DNA of 64,000 bases from an uncultured Gammaproteobacteria bacterium (GTDB taxonomy: Bacteria > Patescibacteriota > Microgenomatia > CAYXHB01), in the NCBI GenBank assembly GCA_964561945.1, contig CAZLQM010000003.1:1954-65953 (forward strand), in the 5' to 3' direction. Shown here one piece after another: positions 19,112 through 29,044 of this stretch. The translations under genes were made by a program, and so were the position numbers. The number at the start of each line of letters is the position of its first letter. Positions within the stretch are counted from its first letter, which is position 1. The notes beneath the pieces were generated by a model. It was not told the DNA's origin and did no database searches. It saw nothing but the letters and a program-made list of their open reading frames with translations.

Positions 19112-20395
19112 TTAAATGCTTTTGGGGGCTTGGGTGAGGGTGGTGTCGCCTTTGATAGTTTGGCTACCTTTGCGAGGAAGAGTAAAGGTAAAAGTTGTAC
19201 CTTTGTCTGAAGATGTAAATGAAATCTCGCCTCCTGAAGCATTGATGATCATTTTGACAAGATATAGGCCTAGGCCTGTGCCCTCAATATCTTGGGAAAC
19301 TACATTGGAGGCTCGATAGAAACGACTGAAGATTTGGGGTTGGTCTTCTATGGGGATTCCCATGCCTGCGTCTTGGATATTGAAAATTATGTCATTATCT
19401 TTGCGAGTAATTGAGATTTGGATGGTGCTTTTGGGTGGGGAATATTTACTGGCATTAGAGAGTAAATTGAGGATAACCTCACGAATGAGCATGGGATCAA
19501 CGTTGAGCGTTTTGGGGACTTTGGTGGTGATTTCAAGAGAAATTTTTTGGTGTTTGGATTTGAAATTGTGGGATAGTTCTGATTGGATGTCTTGGAGTAA
19601 TTCTTCCAAATTAGTGGGGCGGGGAGTGACTGAGACTCTGCCGGATTCAAGTCGAGAAATATTGAGGAGATCGTTAACTAGGCGGATTTGGCGGATGGTG
19701 CTTTGGGACAGATGGGAGACAATTTCTAATTGTTTGGGATTGAGAGGACCGGTTTGGGTTTTGCGGAGTCTTTCGATTAGCCATTTGGAAGCGGTTAAAG
19801 GAGTGCGTAATTGATGGGAAGCAAGAGATACGAATTCTGACTTCATTTGGTCGGATAGTTGCTCTTCAGTGACGTCACGTCCGTAGATGTTGACTTGTGA
19901 TTTGGAAATTGGGACTATGAGAAGAGAGATGATCTGGGTTTGGAGTTGGAATTGATAAGTTCTGTAAAGATTGGATTTGAGGGATTGAGTGATGGTTTCT
20001 TGGAGGTCTTTGGGAATGGTGTGTTTGTGATGTTTAGCCCAAAAGGTGAGGAGCTCTTTGCCTGGGGGATTGGAATAGGTTATTTGCATATCGTTAACTT
20101 TGAACATGGGATAAGGATATTTGGAGACGAGGTCTATTTTGGTGGTATTGTGTTTGGATTGGGTTTGGGGGGATTGTTTGAAATACAAAATTAGTAAGAT
20201 AGTTATGGCGCTGATGGTGAGGAGATTCATGGCTACGAGGAAACCAAAAAGAAGTTGGGCTCCTTGGGCGGTGAGCATAGCTCGGTAAGCATTAGAAAGT
20301 TGGATGTTAATAGCGATATGATAAGCCCAGAGTGAGGTGAGAATTGCTATTTGCCAGGAATATTTGCGGATAAATTTGAGGAATTTGTGAGTCAT
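19112..20395 (-). CDS. Membrane sensor histidine kinase
   Basis: ASHQLRTPL H-box, NLLSNASKY, DAGMGI, GTGLGL. Confidence 0.95.
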   Translation of the reverse strand: MTHKFLKFIRKYSWQIAILTSLWAYHIAINIQLSNAYRAMLTAQGAQLLFGFLVAMNLLTISAITILLILYFKQSPQTQSKHNTTKIDLVSKYPYPMFKVNDMQITYSNPPGKELLTFWAKHHKHTIPKDLQETITQSLKSNLYRTYQFQLQTQIISLLIVPISKSQVNIYGRDVTEEQLSDQMKSEFVSLASHQLRTPLTASKWLIERLRKTQTGPLNPKQLEIVSHLSQSTIRQIRLVNDLLNISRLESGRVSVTPRPTNLEELLQDIQSELSHNFKSKHQKISLEITTKVPKTLNVDPMLIREVILNLLSNASKYSPPKSTIQISITRKDNDIIFNIQDAGMGIPIEDQPQIFSRFYRASNVVSQDIEGTGLGLYLVKMIINASGGEISFTSSDKGTTFTFTLPRKGSQTIKGDTTLTQAPKSI

Positions 20396-20490
20396 GGGAG
20401 ATTTAGATGAACTTAAGCTAGTTGGCTTATATTATGAGGATTTGTAGGCGTAACTGCAATTATTAGCGGGTTTTGATGTGGGGAAGTGAG

Positions 20491-22310
20491 TTAATTAGAG
20501 GAGTTTTGGTTTAAAGATTGTTGGTAATTCTCGATTAATTCTAAGATCCTTGGCATGATTATTTCGTGTGGTTTGATGTGAGGAGCGGTAATGCTGTCAG
20601 GATCGAAAAGTCCAAATTCATGAAGTTCTGCCAATGTTTGTAAATTTATGCCTGCGAGCATGAGATATTTTTCGTGTATTGTACCTCTTAGTTGTTGGGC
20701 GAGGATTTCTTGTTCGATATATACCAAGGTTTTACTATTAAAAACATGAGGTTCGTGGCTTTTAAGGGCATCAATTCCATATGCGCCACTACCACGAAAA
20801 ATTCTCATAGTTCTATTAAAAGCGGTGTGAGCCAATTCACTTGGTGGTTCATCTGGACTGGAGGTGCGGAGGTTTTGGAAGAAAGCGTTGAAGCAGTCTG
20901 CAAAATTGCCACCGGCAAGACGCTCTTTTATGGCTGCTAGATAATTTCCGTTGGTGGGACGATCTATACCGAACAATGATTTGAAAGCTGAGGTTTCCCA
21001 TGCGATAGCTCCAGCTTCGGCCATGACGCTACCTCTGTCACTACCGACATTGTCTGTGAGACTAATTCCAATAGTGCTTTTGTTGATGTGTTGAAGAATA
21101 TGAACAATTTCGTGATCTAACAATGGTAAGGCACCTGTCGGGCTGAGCGAATTTAGTTTTCGAGATAAACTTTGGGGAATTAGTAACCTACGTGTTTTGG
21201 GAAGGTATCCTACGGTTTGGCGTTTGGAACTGATTTCAACTTGGACGTCGGAGATTTGATAGTTTTTGAGGACTTGTTCGGCTAAGTTTTTGAATTCATC
21301 AGCATTTATGGTGAGTGTATCTAGGATTTCGGGTGGTATATTTGAGAGAATACCTATAGTGTCGGGATTTGGAGGTTGCTCTAATGTATTGATTAATAGT
21401 TCTATTTGAGGAGCAAAACCCCAAAGTCATGGTTTGGTTCGTTGGTTGCAGATCCGTGGATGAATTTATCTCGTCGTGATATTTGACGTGAAGAGGTTTG
21501 GTGAGTGTTGTTTGTTAATTCTAGTGGAAGGGGGATATCTGCGGTGAGACATTGTCGTGCATAAATATCAGCATAATTACCTGATTCCGCCAAGAGAACG
21601 TTAATTCTTCTTCTATGAATGTTGAGCATGGTTATTTTGGCAAGAGAGGTAACAGTGTCATCACCTTTGAGTTCTTTGGTTTTTGCTTTGTTTATGCGTT
21701 TGAGAGATTTGAGCTGGTTGATTTTTTGGATTAGTTCATCTGGATTACGAATGACAGAAAATCTATGAGGAAGAGGGATATTATTTGTTTGGAAATTGTT
21801 CTGTTCTAAGTTTTTGATAAATTCTTCTTGTGCGTGTTTTTCGCTATCACCTTCGAGTTGGGATAATTGTTTAATTTGGTTTTGGGTTAATTGAGCATAG
21901 TCGTATCTACTTAAGAATTGACTGATATCTTGGATGTTAGCAAAGTCTAATTTATCAATTGGTTGATTTAATGTTTGTGACAATTGTTGTTTGCCTTGAT
22001 CGGTTAGGAAGTATTCTAGGAAAAAATTAGAAGCTTGGATGGTTATAGCATAGGTTGATTCTAGGCTGGGAGTTTGAAGTGTTTCTCCGGTGGGGAACGT
22101 ATGAGTAAGGTATCCAAGGGGTATGGCTTCTTGGGTATCAGAATTAATTGAGGTTGACCCACATGTAAGTTCATGCTCAAATGTGAGGACTTGATCTTTT
22201 TCTTCTGGAGTTAGAGAGAACTTGGGTTCTTGAGATAGGGTTTCTAGGTAAGATTCGATTGCAATTGCTGGACGTTCTGGGTAAGGGTAGTAACGAGATT
22301 CGGGGTGCAC
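20491..22310 (-). pseudogene. DUF1704/MATCAP-like HExxH metallopeptidase split by one frameshift (real or a sequencing error)
   Basis: The frame of ORF 20491..21123 is open upstream to about 21427 and overlaps the end of ORF 21402..22382; HEIVH, AEAGA, RIFRG and K..VY motifs; likely GTG start at 22310, 6 nt after TATAAT. Confidence 0.6.
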
Positions 22311-22317
22311 TATGTGA

Positions 22318-23679
22318 TTATATAATATTATGTATCTTTGTGATAAGTTGACTAATTTCTGGTTGGAGTTGATTATGTTCATTTAGAGATTTGGTAGGAA
22401 TGAGCATTTTGAGATATCGTTTACCCGGTTTAATTAATGCGTTAGGATTTGGCGTTTCATAAAGGAAGTATTGATAAGGAGTCAATTTAGGAAAAAGTGG
22501 GTTAGGATGGTTGGATGTCTTTGAAGGTGGAGCACTTGGGTCTTGAATAGAGTAAATGCCTGATTTGATAATATTTGGTTTTATTGGTTGGGCGTATGAA
22601 TTATAAAAAATTAAATATGAGAGAGTTGGGGGGTCGAAATTTATTGAATTAATTTTATCGAGTTGATTTGTGGTAAGTTTATAGGGAATTTGGAGGTGTT
22701 CAAGAATGTGGAGATATTGGAGGGGGATTGTGTTTTTATTGATTTGAATGGCAGTTAAAATCGGAGTCATATCTGTTAAGCGAGCATTAATCTCGATGAT
22801 ATATATTTGGTTATCTGATGTTTTGATAGCATCAATCCCAAAGATTCCTAAATATCCGTATTGAAACATTATTTTTCCTGCTACTTGAGCTTGATTTTGG
22901 AGGAATTGAATATCTTGTTTGGTAAAATCATTTGGAGACCATTGTCCTCCACAAAATTGTGATGATCCTAATTTCGTTGTGTTGCAGAGTTCTGGTTGGG
23001 AAATTATTTGTTTTTGGATGCCAGAGGTTAGAGTACCGTAGTTGCTGGTGTTGCAAGCTTGAATACTTATTGAGCTTCCTTGAATAAATTTGGAGATGAT
23101 GAGAGGATTATTTTGAGTTTGAGTACTTAGATTATTGAGTGAGTTTTGGAATTCTTGGTAGCTATTGATTATATAAGTTCCTCTTCCTCCACTTAACATT
23201 GAATGTTGGATAACAAATTTGCCATATTTAGAATTTAAAGTTTTGAATTTTTGCAGGGGTGATTGGATTAGATTCGGGAGATATATAAATTCAAAAGGGG
23301 GAAATTTGAGATTGGGAATGGTTTGTCTAACTTTTGATTTGTTTTCGAATTTTTTATATATTTTGTAGTTGTTTTGGAGTATTGGAATATTTAATTTTAG
23401 GGGAGTTGGCTTGTATAGAATAACAGCTGTAATTGCAAGTTTGTGGAGCATTTTTGTGATTTGAGGGTTTAGAAATATTGTTTCTGTTTTGGCGTTAGAT
23501 GTGTTTACTAGATGATGAACTTTATCGAGATTGGGGTATTGGGATATCCAGTTTGCAGGTTTGGTGGTGATAATGGAATAGTTGTTAAGAATTGTTTCTA
23601 GTCCAGTACGGTCTGAGAATTTGAGACCAACTCCAACGATTTTGTGTTTTTGTAATTGCAGAAGAGAGGGGAGGTACAT
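22318..23679 (-). CDS. ATP-grasp ligase (PGM1-like peptide ligase type)
   Basis: ENK, FVIQ..SGGRGT, ISKFIQG, GYLGIFGID, IEINAR. Confidence 0.8.
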   Translation of the reverse strand: MYLPSLLQLQKHKIVGVGLKFSDRTGLETILNNYSIITTKPANWISQYPNLDKVHHLVNTSNAKTETIFLNPQITKMLHKLAITAVILYKPTPLKLNIPILQNNYKIYKKFENKSKVRQTIPNLKFPPFEFIYLPNLIQSPLQKFKTLNSKYGKFVIQHSMLSGGRGTYIINSYQEFQNSLNNLSTQTQNNPLIISKFIQGSSISIQACNTSNYGTLTSGIQKQIISQPELCNTTKLGSSQFCGGQWSPNDFTKQDIQFLQNQAQVAGKIMFQYGYLGIFGIDAIKTSDNQIYIIEINARLTDMTPILTAIQINKNTIPLQYLHILEHLQIPYKLTTNQLDKINSINFDPPTLSYLIFYNSYAQPIKPNIIKSGIYSIQDPSAPPSKTSNHPNPLFPKLTPYQYFLYETPNPNALIKPGKRYLKMLIPTKSLNEHNQLQPEISQLITKIHNII

Positions 23680-23759
23680 ACATTAATAGAATTGGTAAGT
23701 TTTATTTTGTTGGTGATTTGGAATTGGGGTATTGTATCAAAACTTGAGTGGATGATTAA

Positions 23760-24317
23760 CTAAGTTTTGAGATGGGTGATTTGGTTGATGAGCATGGTTC
23801 GGTCCCAGAGTTCGATTTGGTTGGCTGTGGCCAATTCTTTGGCGGCACGGGTGAAGTAACTGTTGGTTACGACGATGCCTCGATCGGCCTTGTAGTAACC
23901 TTTGGCACCAATTGTTTGTTGTATAGCTTCGATGCCGACGGTTTGGTCGTAGCGTTTGGCTTGGACGACGATAGTTTGGCCGTCGCGTTCGAGGAGTAGA
24001 TCGCATCCAAAATCGCCAGTGTCACCGATGTTAGTGCTTTTAAATTTAAGTTGTTGGAAAAGCCAGTGAAGATAGTCTTCGAATCGAGATCCTTCCATAC
24101 GGTCAATATCGCGGATACCTGAACGGATGAGCTTGAGGTGTCTGCGGATGTGGATGGTGACTTGTAGGATAATTACAATTAAGGGAACAATCCAAAGTGG
24201 CCAGAGGCGTGGAAGTGTGTATGTAAAGAATACTTTGATATATTGATTTATATTAAGATTGGTTAAGTCAGAGAATGATTGATTTATTTGAGATGTGTAG
24301 TTTTCAATTGTGGGCAT
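23760..24317 (-). CDS. Membrane-anchored Mrr-type restriction endonuclease domain protein
   Basis: TM segment, then FEDYL..LF, GDFGCDL, VVQAKRY, VVTNSYFT, ELWDR. Confidence 0.85.
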   Translation of the reverse strand: MPTIENYTSQINQSFSDLTNLNINQYIKVFFTYTLPRLWPLWIVPLIVIILQVTIHIRRHLKLIRSGIRDIDRMEGSRFEDYLHWLFQQLKFKSTNIGDTGDFGCDLLLERDGQTIVVQAKRYDQTVGIEAIQQTIGAKGYYKADRGIVVTNSYFTRAAKELATANQIELWDRTMLINQITHLKT

Positions 24318-24445
24318 AGTGAGTGTGATGTTAAAAATAGGATTACTTAATATTGACTATATCAATTAGTTGGGGTGGACGTGAAGATAGAGTGGTTTAA
24401 CTTCAAATTCTGATTGAAGTTTGGGAATTTTAAATTGCGAAGTAA

Positions 24446-25555
24446 TTATTTGGGTGGAGTATTGAGATCGTAGAGGATTTTGAGATTTTTAAGAAATGAG
24501 GGGTTATTAGGGGAGATTGGTTGTGTGAATTGTTGGAGTTCTTGGAGACTGGCTTTGCCGTTCCAAGCATAATTTAGAAGATCTGGATCGTTGAGTATTT
24601 GTTGAATGACTGATAGAGTCCATTGAAAATATAGGTCTTTGGTTAGAGCTCCGGGTTGAGTAGTGTCGGAGAGGCCTCTTTTGGCTCTAAAAGTTAGATT
24701 CCAGAGAGTATTTTTATTATGGGTAAAGGTTTGAAGATATTTAAAGGTTTGTGAGAATGAATGTTCTAGGGCAAAGTTGATGGTGATAAGTGATAGGGCT
24801 GTTTTGCGTAAATGGGTTTGGGGGTTGTTAGCACGGCTAGTAATTATGGCGATGCCTTCTTCATCTTGGAAGTAGCGGGCGGTACCGTACTTAAATATTT
24901 GGTAGGGATTTTTATTCCCATTAGATAATCGGAGGAGATGTGTACCAATTTCGTGTTCGAGAGAGATATTTAATTTATTTTGGGTGCGACGAATAAGATG
25001 TGGAATTTTGATTTTGCCAAGACGAGTAATGGAGAGAATATTTTTGGTATTTTTGTGGACGCTGATAGGAGCGGTGAGATTGTATTTTCGGAGAACTTGA
25101 TTGGTGGTTTGAATAATTTGATCAAGGGTCAAATTGGGATTTGAGGTGCGGGGTTTTTTGGGAAGTTGGAGGACATAGAGAGCGTCTTTGATAAATTGAG
25201 GTTCGGGGTGACCGTAAATTTTAATTGATAAATTAGTAAACTGACTTGGTTCTTGGCCTATTTGATTAATTAAATCAAGGACAAGTAGGCATTCTTGGAG
25301 TCTGTTTAAATAGAGTTTCCCAATATCAGTATTTGGGATTTTGGGGAGAAGATTATTTATATCTTGGCGGTATTGGTCTAAGTTGGCTTTGAGTGGGCGA
25401 TACTGAAATTGAGGATTGTAGGTAAAGTTTGATTGGAAGAATTTGCGTTTTTCTTCAAGTAGGTTTATTGGGCGGGTGGCTTTGATTATTGATATGTGAG
25501 ATACGAATTTTTTTAGAAAATTATCTAGCTTGGTATAAATGGGATCAATTGGCAT
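24446..25555 (-). CDS. DUF1704 (QEGLA-motif/MATCAP-like) metallocarboxypeptidase
   Basis: YNPQFQY, HEIGTH, EEGIA, RAKRG..D..TKD.YF. Confidence 0.85.
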   Translation of the reverse strand: MPIDPIYTKLDNFLKKFVSHISIIKATRPINLLEEKRKFFQSNFTYNPQFQYRPLKANLDQYRQDINNLLPKIPNTDIGKLYLNRLQECLLVLDLINQIGQEPSQFTNLSIKIYGHPEPQFIKDALYVLQLPKKPRTSNPNLTLDQIIQTTNQVLRKYNLTAPISVHKNTKNILSITRLGKIKIPHLIRRTQNKLNISLEHEIGTHLLRLSNGNKNPYQIFKYGTARYFQDEEGIAIITSRANNPQTHLRKTALSLITINFALEHSFSQTFKYLQTFTHNKNTLWNLTFRAKRGLSDTTQPGALTKDLYFQWTLSVIQQILNDPDLLNYAWNGKASLQELQQFTQPISPNNPSFLKNLKILYDLNTPPK

Positions 25556-25623
25556 ATGGTGATTATATATTATTCTCATTGGAGAGCGTGTGTGATAAGT
25601 CTATGATTTATAATTCAATCGAT

Positions 25624-26574
25624 ATGTTTAATATTTGGCAGGAATTACCTAGGCCTTTGGTTGTAATGGCACCGATGGAAGGGGTGACTGATATTGCTTT
25701 TCGGCAGTTGATTGATGAGATTGGTCGGCCAGATTTGAAGTTTAGTGAGTTTGTAAATGCGACGGGGATGTTTTCGCGAGGGAGTAGGAGTGTGATGATG
25801 AGTTTGGAGTATGAGCAGAGTGAGAAGCCTTTGGTGGCTCAGTTGTGGGGAACTAATATTGATGATTTTCGTAAAGCAGCTGGATTAGTAGCAGAGAAGG
25901 GTTTTGATGGAGTAGATATAAATATGGGATGTCCAGTGCGCAAGATCATTAATAAGGGAAGTTGTAGTGCATTGATTAAAAATAAGTCATTAGCGCAAGA
26001 GATAATTAAGGCGGTTAAAGAGGGTGTGGGTGGGCGGATTCCTGTGTCGGTAAAAACTAGAATTGGGTTTGATCAAATCGTGACCGATGAGTGGATTAGT
26101 TTTTTGCTTGAGTGTGGGATTGATGTGTTGACAGTTCATGGACGGACTACGGATGAGATGTCGAGTGTGCCGTGTCATTGGGATGAAATTGGCAGAGCGG
26201 TGGAAATACGTAATCAAATGGGTGTTAATACCTTGATCATTGGGAATGGAGATGTAGAGAGTTTGGATCAGGTGAAGCAAAAGGTCAGTGAGTATGGAGT
26301 GGATGGAGTTATGATTGGTAGGGGAGTGTTGCATAATCCTTGGGTGTTTGAGGGGAGTAAGTTCGAGGATCACACTAAGGAAGAAAAGATAAATTTGTTG
26401 CGTAGACACGCAGAGTTATTTTTTAGGTATTGGCCAAATGATGAGTGTCCTTTTGTGGTGCTGCGAAGATTTTTTAAGATTTATTTGCGAGGATTTGTTA
26501 ATGCTAATGAGTTGCGAGATCAAGTGATGAGTGCAAGAAGTTGGGAAGAGGTAGAAAGAATATTAGGGGAGTGA
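25624..26574 (+). CDS. dus: tRNA-dihydrouridine synthase
   Basis: APMEGVTD, DINMGCP, VSVKTRIG, TVHGRT, NGDV, GVMIGRG. Confidence 0.95.
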   Translation: MFNIWQELPRPLVVMAPMEGVTDIAFRQLIDEIGRPDLKFSEFVNATGMFSRGSRSVMMSLEYEQSEKPLVAQLWGTNIDDFRKAAGLVAEKGFDGVDINMGCPVRKIINKGSCSALIKNKSLAQEIIKAVKEGVGGRIPVSVKTRIGFDQIVTDEWISFLLECGIDVLTVHGRTTDEMSSVPCHWDEIGRAVEIRNQMGVNTLIIGNGDVESLDQVKQKVSEYGVDGVMIGRGVLHNPWVFEGSKFEDHTKEEKINLLRRHAELFFRYWPNDECPFVVLRRFFKIYLRGFVNANELRDQVMSARSWEEVERILGE

Positions 26575-26605
26575 TAAGTGAGAATTTAAATATTAAAATA
26601 GATGT

Positions 26606-27358
26606 GTGGCAAATTTTATACCTTTTAAAAAATATTTTCTTTATTGTTTGAAGAAATATAGTGAGAAATATGATTTCCAATCGCCTTTTTTGGATATTGG
26701 CTGTGGTATTGGTGATGTAAGTTTGTTTTTAGGACAAAATGGCTATAGTGGAGAAGCAATAGATTTGTCTATTGATGCTTTGGATAAAGCAAAATGTATT
26801 TTATTTGATTATCAGGTAAGAGTACATGAAGTAGATTTTATGGATCATAAAGGTAAATATAATTTAATTATTTTTTTTGATGTGATGGAGCATATTGAAG
26901 ATGATATGAAAGCTCTGAAGAAAATATATAAACTTTTAAATAAAGGAGGGTATTTGATAATTACAACACCAAGTAATAAGCGTGAGTGGGGTTGGGATGA
27001 TCGATTTTACGGTCATTATAGAAGGTATTCAATTGAGGAAGTTAGAAATAAGTTGCATAAAAGTAAGTTTGGAATTTTTGAAATTATCGATGTGTCATTT
27101 CCTGTGTTTTGGATGATGAGGAAGTTTTTTGTTTTTTTAGGTTTGAAGAGAAATTCTAGCGTTTATAAGAAAGAGTTTCAAAAACGTACAGTTGATAGTA
27201 CAGCAAATGATGCGTGGAAAATTCCTGTCATCTCAACTCTGATTAATAGAGAGTCTATAGTTTGGAGAGTTATTTATTTTATACAATATACTTTTTTTAA
27301 GAAATTTACAGTTTTAGGTAGCGAAATTATGATTATTGCTAAGAAATATGAGAATTAA
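26606..27358 (+). CDS. Class I SAM-dependent methyltransferase
   Basis: LDIGCGIG, DVMEHIEDD, GHYRRY. Confidence 0.88.
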   Translation: MANFIPFKKYFLYCLKKYSEKYDFQSPFLDIGCGIGDVSLFLGQNGYSGEAIDLSIDALDKAKCILFDYQVRVHEVDFMDHKGKYNLIIFFDVMEHIEDDMKALKKIYKLLNKGGYLIITTPSNKREWGWDDRFYGHYRRYSIEEVRNKLHKSKFGIFEIIDVSFPVFWMMRKFFVFLGLKRNSSVYKKEFQKRTVDSTANDAWKIPVISTLINRESIVWRVIYFIQYTFFKKFTVLGSEIMIIAKKYEN

Positions 27359-28322
27359 AGTGAATCGGGCGTGTATATTGTGTGATGGGCGGAAATTTGT
27401 GAATTTGTATTCGAGTTATGATTATTTGACATGTAAATCTTATTTGGTTGAAAAATGTTCTAAGTGTGAATTGGTGAGAACTAAAATTAATGGAAAAGTA
27501 AGTGTGAGCCAAATATATCCGGTGGAATATTATGGTAATAAAGGGTCTAGATTTGGAGTTTTTTTGGAAATATTAGTTAAGTATTTTAGGTATCAAAGAG
27601 CAAATTTTATAGATTATGTAGTAAGGATTAATTCTAAGTCAATTTTAGATTGTGGCTGTGGAAGAGGAATTATGCTTGATCATCTTAAAAATAGAGGTTG
27701 GAGTGTGTGTGGTACTGAAATTGATTCTGTTTTAGTTGATGCTTTGAAAAGTAAAGGGATTGATGTATTTGAGACTGATAGTGTTAGTTCTTTAGGAAAT
27801 AAACCAAGATTTAAGGTTGTGTCGTTATTTCATGTTTTGGAACATTTATCAAATCCTAAGGTTGAGCTTGGTTATATTTATAATTTACTTGAAGATGATG
27901 GGTTATTAGTGGTAGAAGTACCGAATTTGGGAAGTTTCCAAGCAAAAATATCAAGAGGAAAGTGGTTTCATTTAGATGTACCAAGACATATAAGTCATTT
28001 TGAGTTAAAGACTTTGAAAGCTTTAGTTGAATCTACTGGCTTTGAAATATGTTCGATAACTACTCACTCATGGGAATATGGGTATTTTGGATTGTTGCAA
28101 AGTTTACAGAATATTTTGTCTTCGGATGGTCAGTCAAATGCTTTTTATAATAATTTGCATGTTAACAAGGGGAAAAGTATTAATAATCGCAAGAATTTGG
28201 TTTTTGGGTTGATACTGTCTTTTATTTTGTTACCTATTGTTTTTGTTTTGGAGAGTATCTTTTCGTTGGTTGGACGAGGTGGGGCGCTTCGGTTGGTTGC
28301 TAAAAAGAGGGAAATTAAATAA
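27348..28322 (+). CDS. Class I SAM-dependent methyltransferase with N-terminal Cys4 zinc motif
   Basis: CILC..CSKC, LDCGCGRG, HVLEHL, EVPN, DVPRH. Confidence 0.88.
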   Translation: MRIKVNRACILCDGRKFVNLYSSYDYLTCKSYLVEKCSKCELVRTKINGKVSVSQIYPVEYYGNKGSRFGVFLEILVKYFRYQRANFIDYVVRINSKSILDCGCGRGIMLDHLKNRGWSVCGTEIDSVLVDALKSKGIDVFETDSVSSLGNKPRFKVVSLFHVLEHLSNPKVELGYIYNLLEDDGLLVVEVPNLGSFQAKISRGKWFHLDVPRHISHFELKTLKALVESTGFEICSITTHSWEYGYFGLLQSLQNILSSDGQSNAFYNNLHVNKGKSINNRKNLVFGLILSFILLPIVFVLESIFSLVGRGGALRLVAKKREIK

Positions 28323-29036
28323 TTTAAGTTTATGGAGTTTGAATTGTATTCCTACACGTAAGATTCCCAGCCCATATTTTAGACTACGTCTAAAGTTAAT
28401 TGAGGAAGCGTCAGGGTGGTAGCTGGTGGGACAGGAAATTTCTCCTATTCTGAATCCATGATAAATTGATTGAGCTAGTAGTTCGTTATCAAAAATGAAG
28501 TCATCTGAGTTAGCAGAAAAGTTAATTTTTTTAAGAACGTCACTTGTGTATGCTCTGAAACCTGTGTGATATTCGGATATTTTGTAATTAAATATTATGT
28601 TGGAATATAGGGTTAACAATCTATTAAATAGATATTTCCACCATGGCATTTGTTTGATTCGTAGAGTTTGATCTCCTATTATTCTGGAAGCAAGAATAAT
28701 GTCGTAGTGGCCAGAAATAAGCATTGCTGCCATGGCGGTTGTTAAAAGGGGTGAGTATTGGTAGTCAGCGTGAATCATAATTATGATATCCGCATTTTGT
28801 TTAAGTGCCGTTTGATAGCAAGTTTTTTGGTTGGCGCCATAACCTTGGTTTTGGGAGTGGCAGATATATTGAACTGGAAGTTTTCTTGCTATTCGAGCAG
28901 TCTTGTCCTGACTGTGATCATCAACTACAATAATTTTGTCTACAATGTTATTAGGTATTTCATCAATAGTTTTCTTGAGAGTTTTTTCTGCATTATATGC
29001 GGGCATGACGACAATAATTTTTTGGTTCTTTAGCAT
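28230..29036 (-). CDS. Glycosyltransferase family 2 (Dol-P-Man synthase-like)
   Basis: VMPAYNAE, VVDDHS.D, GYGANQK, HADYQY, GFRAY. Confidence 0.92.
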   Translation of the reverse strand: MLKNQKIIVVMPAYNAEKTLKKTIDEIPNNIVDKIIVVDDHSQDKTARIARKLPVQYICHSQNQGYGANQKTCYQTALKQNADIIIMIHADYQYSPLLTTAMAAMLISGHYDIILASRIIGDQTLRIKQMPWWKYLFNRLLTLYSNIIFNYKISEYHTGFRAYTSDVLKKINFSANSDDFIFDNELLAQSIYHGFRIGEISCPTSYHPDASSINFRRSLKYGLGILRVGIQFKLHKLKLFNFPLFSNQPKRPTSSNQRKDTLQNKNNR

Positions 29037-29044
29037 ATAATTAA

